Below are positions 61,501-64,000 of a stretch of 64,000 nt of DNA, in pieces. The notes beneath the pieces are model-generated. The model made no database searches, was not told where the DNA came from, and worked only from the letters and a program-made list of their open reading frames with translations. Numbering within the stretch: position 1 is the stretch's first letter; each line of letters begins with the position of its first letter. Source of the stretch: a plasmid. The position numbers were made by a program, and so were the translations under genes. Location: sequence record NZ_CP014527.1. One strand, written 5' to 3'.

Positions 61501-61597
61501 GGGCATCAAGCGTCAAACCAAAATCCACAAACTGGATCCCGGTTCGCATGATCAGCGTGATTTCCTCTTCCGACCGCCGGGTAACATCCGCCAGCAT
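58589..61597 (-). CDS. srfB: SrfB-like putative virulence-factor family protein
   Basis: 1002 aa, the characteristic size of SrfB, between SrfA-like and SrfC-like genes. Confidence 0.55.
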   Translation of the reverse strand: MLADVTRRSEEEITLIMRTGIQFVDFGLTLDARRESPGRFARVAESPVPVRLEADPVRDTTLHPRSRLPMQDHPELETSVGDSFALLSDTWLPVPFLRQQATTFVQGPANWARARLFPLEPGQDRDGYTHRLVLAFDTNVTEERLGTAYLAPTLGDVEGGVRFALAWQGEDPAWFMAQRWVSGWLEQEFSDGATPRLRLSREDIEAGIKAGLHYTHYLNIISLIGSLVRPPRIKILSNRSDDVLPSIPVDMVLDVGNSRTCGILIEDHPQQANGLKLSYTLELRDLGRAHQVYTDPFESRLEFAEASFGRVDQSVLSGRNDAFLWPTLARVGPEAARLAARRKGSEGSTGLSSPKRYLWDDERYESGWRFNDAFNRSETEPLATAAPFGNLINEEGKALFTLLPEEQIQVFVPHYSRSALMTFMLAEVLVQALVQMNSTGQRLKMSHANLPRRLRSVILTVPPSMPRPEQQIFHDALEQAVGLVWRSMGWFPGDPDTNTQEQKDACWPALPEQRIQWDEATCAQAVWLYSETVNNFGGRPEDFFHVMRKPRADDPGRRLRVATIDIGGGTTDLVVTDYTLDDGRGGNVYILPEQRFRDGFKIAGDDIVLDVIRKVILPAFEQALKDHGVVTPAVVLSRLAGNEAVPVPDQVKRQQLTLQVLYPLALQVLKRCEAYDPVVGADVQSLTVAELLADGGKSDPSVPQDLLGWFAAGVARAEGGGGLPFNFLAVRLVVDPGRLHRLFLSGGMEICKPVQALCELVYAYDCDILLLSGRPSRLPGVQALFRSLLALPPDRLVVLHGYRTGTWYPFHRNARIDDPKTTAAVGAMLCVLGQGRIPGFFFRSNVFRLYSTVRHVGLMDSNRLIKDEDIYYRDIDWDNPDYQLPEDVSFEIRGRTLLGFRQLSAPRWGASPLYLIDFNRNNRKADTALYGGGQGDATVLDVTLRPGRGRAEKLEISRISVRGGDRDGQTFSRDALKIRLFTLLTQGIGEDSYWLDTGSVVG

Positions 61598-61654
61598 GAC
61601 TATCCTTTCTCAGAAACTCAGGGCTACATTTCTATAAACATTCGGGCAGCTTGC

Positions 61655-63016
61655 TCAGTGACCGGACTGACGCCCTATATCAACATGGTACCGTGCTCCA
61701 TCGGGATTAATACCCTGACACCGGGCTTCGCCGTTTATATCACGATCACACACAACCTGTGACGGCGCAAACTCGCGACCATCGGGACAGCGGACAGGTT
61801 CTGCCTGATCGATATGCAAACGTCCTTGGTCCATACGAGCATTTCCGGGACCTATGCACACTACGCCGTCTCCGCGACGAATGGTCATGGTTCCAGCGCC
61901 TTTGTCAAAAGAATATTCCACGTCTAGAGGCAAACTTGTAGCGCCATCAACCAGACCGGTATGGGAACGCCATGTTCCATTGAGGAAATCAGTCTGCCCG
62001 CTTTGCAGCGCCTCAGGTGGAATATGCAGGGCCTCTGCACCAGAGGAAGCCTTATCGGGCGAAACAGACGGCGGTAAGCTTCCCTCCTCTGGTGATGATC
62101 CGGATGTGTCAGTCTCATCCGCTCTGTCTGCAGACGAGGACTCAGAGAGAGAATCTTTATCCGGCTCCACAGGCTGTTCAGTGCCGCCGGGTGGGGACGT
62201 GGCTGTCATGTCACCTTGTCCCGGATCAAGGGCAACCGCTTTTCCACTGGCACCATCAACGACAACAGCCTGCCGGAATGGAAGAAACGGAATAATGGAG
62301 TGTTGCTCTTCAAGAACAGTCCCCGACAGCCAAGACGGCAACAAGCCCCTCTTCTCCTCAGGAAGGGACAACGCCCACCACCGCATAAACCAGATTAGAA
62401 GTAGCAGAAACAGCAGAGCAAGAGGAGCCGCAAGTAGAAACCACAACCACCACGGCCACCCCAATCCAGCTCTATCGGCCGTTGGCACAGACGCTGGCGT
62501 GGTCTGCGCAGGGGACAAGGACAAACAGACCAAGACATCCTTACCACCTGGTACAGCCAATAGCGAGAAACCCCAGAATGTCACCACAGGCTGCCCATCT
62601 ACCAAGTAAATATGTGTTTCATCCGGAATAAACAGGGCAAACGGCAATAAGCGGGCAAACAGCTCCAAGTCTCTGGACATAGCGGGCCGATCCGCCAAAA
62701 GGCCCACGTGAGATGAAACACGGTGACGTGCAGACTGAAGTCTAGGAAGAACTGCTTGCTGCTCCTGTAAGGTCGCAGCGGACCAAGGTATAACTCTTGA
62801 CCCTGCAGGCGCATACCAGTCGATTGTCACACCATCAGCCCTGATTTGTGGGATCGCCATCAGGGAAGCAACATCCTCTCCAATCTGGCGTCTGATGGTT
62901 GAGCGCATTTGCAAGGCCGTCGAGAACAAGGATGTTCCGGAAATACCCAGCATACAAAAATCACGCAAGGAGCCTGTTCGTAACAGCGGACCTGTACCAT
63001 TCTGATCATGTGCCAT
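61655..63016 (-). CDS. srfA: SrfA-like protein with central TM segment and acidic Ser/Pro-rich region; start uncertain (63016-63115)
   Basis: First gene of the trio. TM 'WWLWFLLAAPLALLFLLLLIWFMRWW'. Assignment mainly by synteny. Confidence 0.4.
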   Translation of the reverse strand: MAHDQNGTGPLLRTGSLRDFCMLGISGTSLFSTALQMRSTIRRQIGEDVASLMAIPQIRADGVTIDWYAPAGSRVIPWSAATLQEQQAVLPRLQSARHRVSSHVGLLADRPAMSRDLELFARLLPFALFIPDETHIYLVDGQPVVTFWGFSLLAVPGGKDVLVCLSLSPAQTTPASVPTADRAGLGWPWWLWFLLAAPLALLFLLLLIWFMRWWALSLPEEKRGLLPSWLSGTVLEEQHSIIPFLPFRQAVVVDGASGKAVALDPGQGDMTATSPPGGTEQPVEPDKDSLSESSSADRADETDTSGSSPEEGSLPPSVSPDKASSGAEALHIPPEALQSGQTDFLNGTWRSHTGLVDGATSLPLDVEYSFDKGAGTMTIRRGDGVVCIGPGNARMDQGRLHIDQAEPVRCPDGREFAPSQVVCDRDINGEARCQGINPDGARYHVDIGRQSGH

Positions 63017-63059
63017 CGTATCCCTGCCCCGGGCTCTATCAGCTCTCAATATCGTCATC

Positions 63060-63926
63060 TCATTCACACCCCTGCGGTACAGGTGCATGGCCACTTGCGG
63101 CGCGGAACAAATCATCCCAGCTTTGGCCGTCCTTTGGAAGGATCAGCTTTCCCCCCGTTGTTTCGGCCATACATCGCCCATCACCAGAACCATCAACACT
63201 AATCACATTAATACGGATGTTGGGCTTCCGTGCTTTCAGGGCACGGGCAACAGCGCAAGGATCACCCCCGCAACTGTCTTCACCGTCAGTAACGACAACA
63301 ATAGTCCCGGGGACCCTGACCCCATCAAGCATGGTTCCGGCGCGCTCCAGACCACGGGCCAAGGGCGTACCCTGACGGGGTGTGATCGAACGCAGCTGTT
63401 CCAACAAGCGCATTCTCTCATCAGCTTTGAAGAACTTGTAATTATCTGTTCCCTCGCAACGCCCGAAAACCAGAAGACCAAGATCAATATGACGTGGTAG
63501 TGTCTTGGTCAGATCTGCCACGGCATCCTTGGCTGCATCAAGTCGAGATCTCCCACCCTGTAACTTCGAAAGCGCAAAGCTGTTCCCACCTATAACCTGC
63601 CGCATGAGCATCTGAACCTGCGATGGTTTCAAGTCTGCTGACAAGCCCATACTGCCTGAAGCATCAAGCAAAACAGCTACTTCTGGGTTCTCCCACGCTT
63701 TTGCTTTGGGGGGACAAGAGGCAGGCCGCGTATCCTTGCTTGCCTGTTTTTGTGGGGTATCATCGGGCTTGAATGGCAATATAGGTGGCTTCACAGGTGG
63801 AACCGGCGGTTCTACAACATCTTCAACCGAATTCAGATCACCGGAAGGAGGAGGCCCGGGAACCGGGGCAGGCAAATCCAACATCGCATTTTGACTTGGT
63901 ACACGACACTCAGCCAAACGGCGCAT
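63060..63926 (-). CDS. vWA-domain protein (N-terminus may extend beyond the listed start / window)
   Basis: MIDAS 'VAVLLDASGSMG' ... 'GTPLARGL' ... 'IVVVTDGEDS'. Pro-rich N-terminal region. Confidence 0.7.
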   Translation of the reverse strand: MRRLAECRVPSQNAMLDLPAPVPGPPPSGDLNSVEDVVEPPVPPVKPPILPFKPDDTPQKQASKDTRPASCPPKAKAWENPEVAVLLDASGSMGLSADLKPSQVQMLMRQVIGGNSFALSKLQGGRSRLDAAKDAVADLTKTLPRHIDLGLLVFGRCEGTDNYKFFKADERMRLLEQLRSITPRQGTPLARGLERAGTMLDGVRVPGTIVVVTDGEDSCGGDPCAVARALKARKPNIRINVISVDGSGDGRCMAETTGGKLILPKDGQSWDDLFRAASGHAPVPQGCE

Positions 63927-64000
63927 AACCTCGCGCTCAGCATCAAGAATATCCGCAATTAATGCGTTTTGATCATCATCTGATACAGGTGTCTGCGCTA

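Overview
The window is a mosaic. Positions 1-24315 are a plasmid-like accessory segment, and two identical IS607-family insertion sequences in direct orientation sit at its two ends (1-1875 and 22441-24315). The 20.6 kb between them carries the following.
- An iteron-type repA/oriV module and a parA/parG partition module.
- Three type II toxin-antitoxin pairs: DinJ-YafQ, Xre-RES and HigB-HigA.
- A frameshifted fic gene.
- A large serine recombinase, and a small resolvase/invertase gene flanked by 33-bp inverted repeats, with a third repeat copy 4 kb away that disrupts a dcm gene.
- Four Tn21-type (Tn3-family) 38-bp terminal repeats with short tnpA 3' relics.
- A duplicated ~300-bp noncoding element.
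- An RTX calcium-binding protein, and remnants of an ssb gene and a phage tail tube gene.
- A four-gene operon of RHH regulator, PstI/BsuBI-family N6-adenine methyltransferase, BsuBI/PstI-family restriction endonuclease and a TIR-domain protein.

Downstream of the second IS copy the content looks housekeeping (an impression from gene content, not a database result). It holds a type I secretion pair (PrtD/HlyD-like), rfbA, betT-betBA, a transaminase/succinate-semialdehyde dehydrogenase pair, UDP-glucuronate decarboxylase, SapC, an MCP, a two-component system with a REC-HDOD protein, MTA nucleosidase and an S1 protease.

The last 15.7 kb (48203-63926) is one unidirectional minus-strand gene array. 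It encodes SrfA/SrfB/SrfC-like proteins, two vWA proteins, a Sel1 membrane protein, a MacB/LolDE-like ABC pair, an FGE/SUMF1-domain protein and two coiled-coil lipoproteins. I could not place this array in any characterised system. GC content (~58-60%) and the RepA type suggest an alphaproteobacterial, possibly Acetobacteraceae, replicon, but that is a weak inference. No rRNA, tRNA or CRISPR array was recognised.
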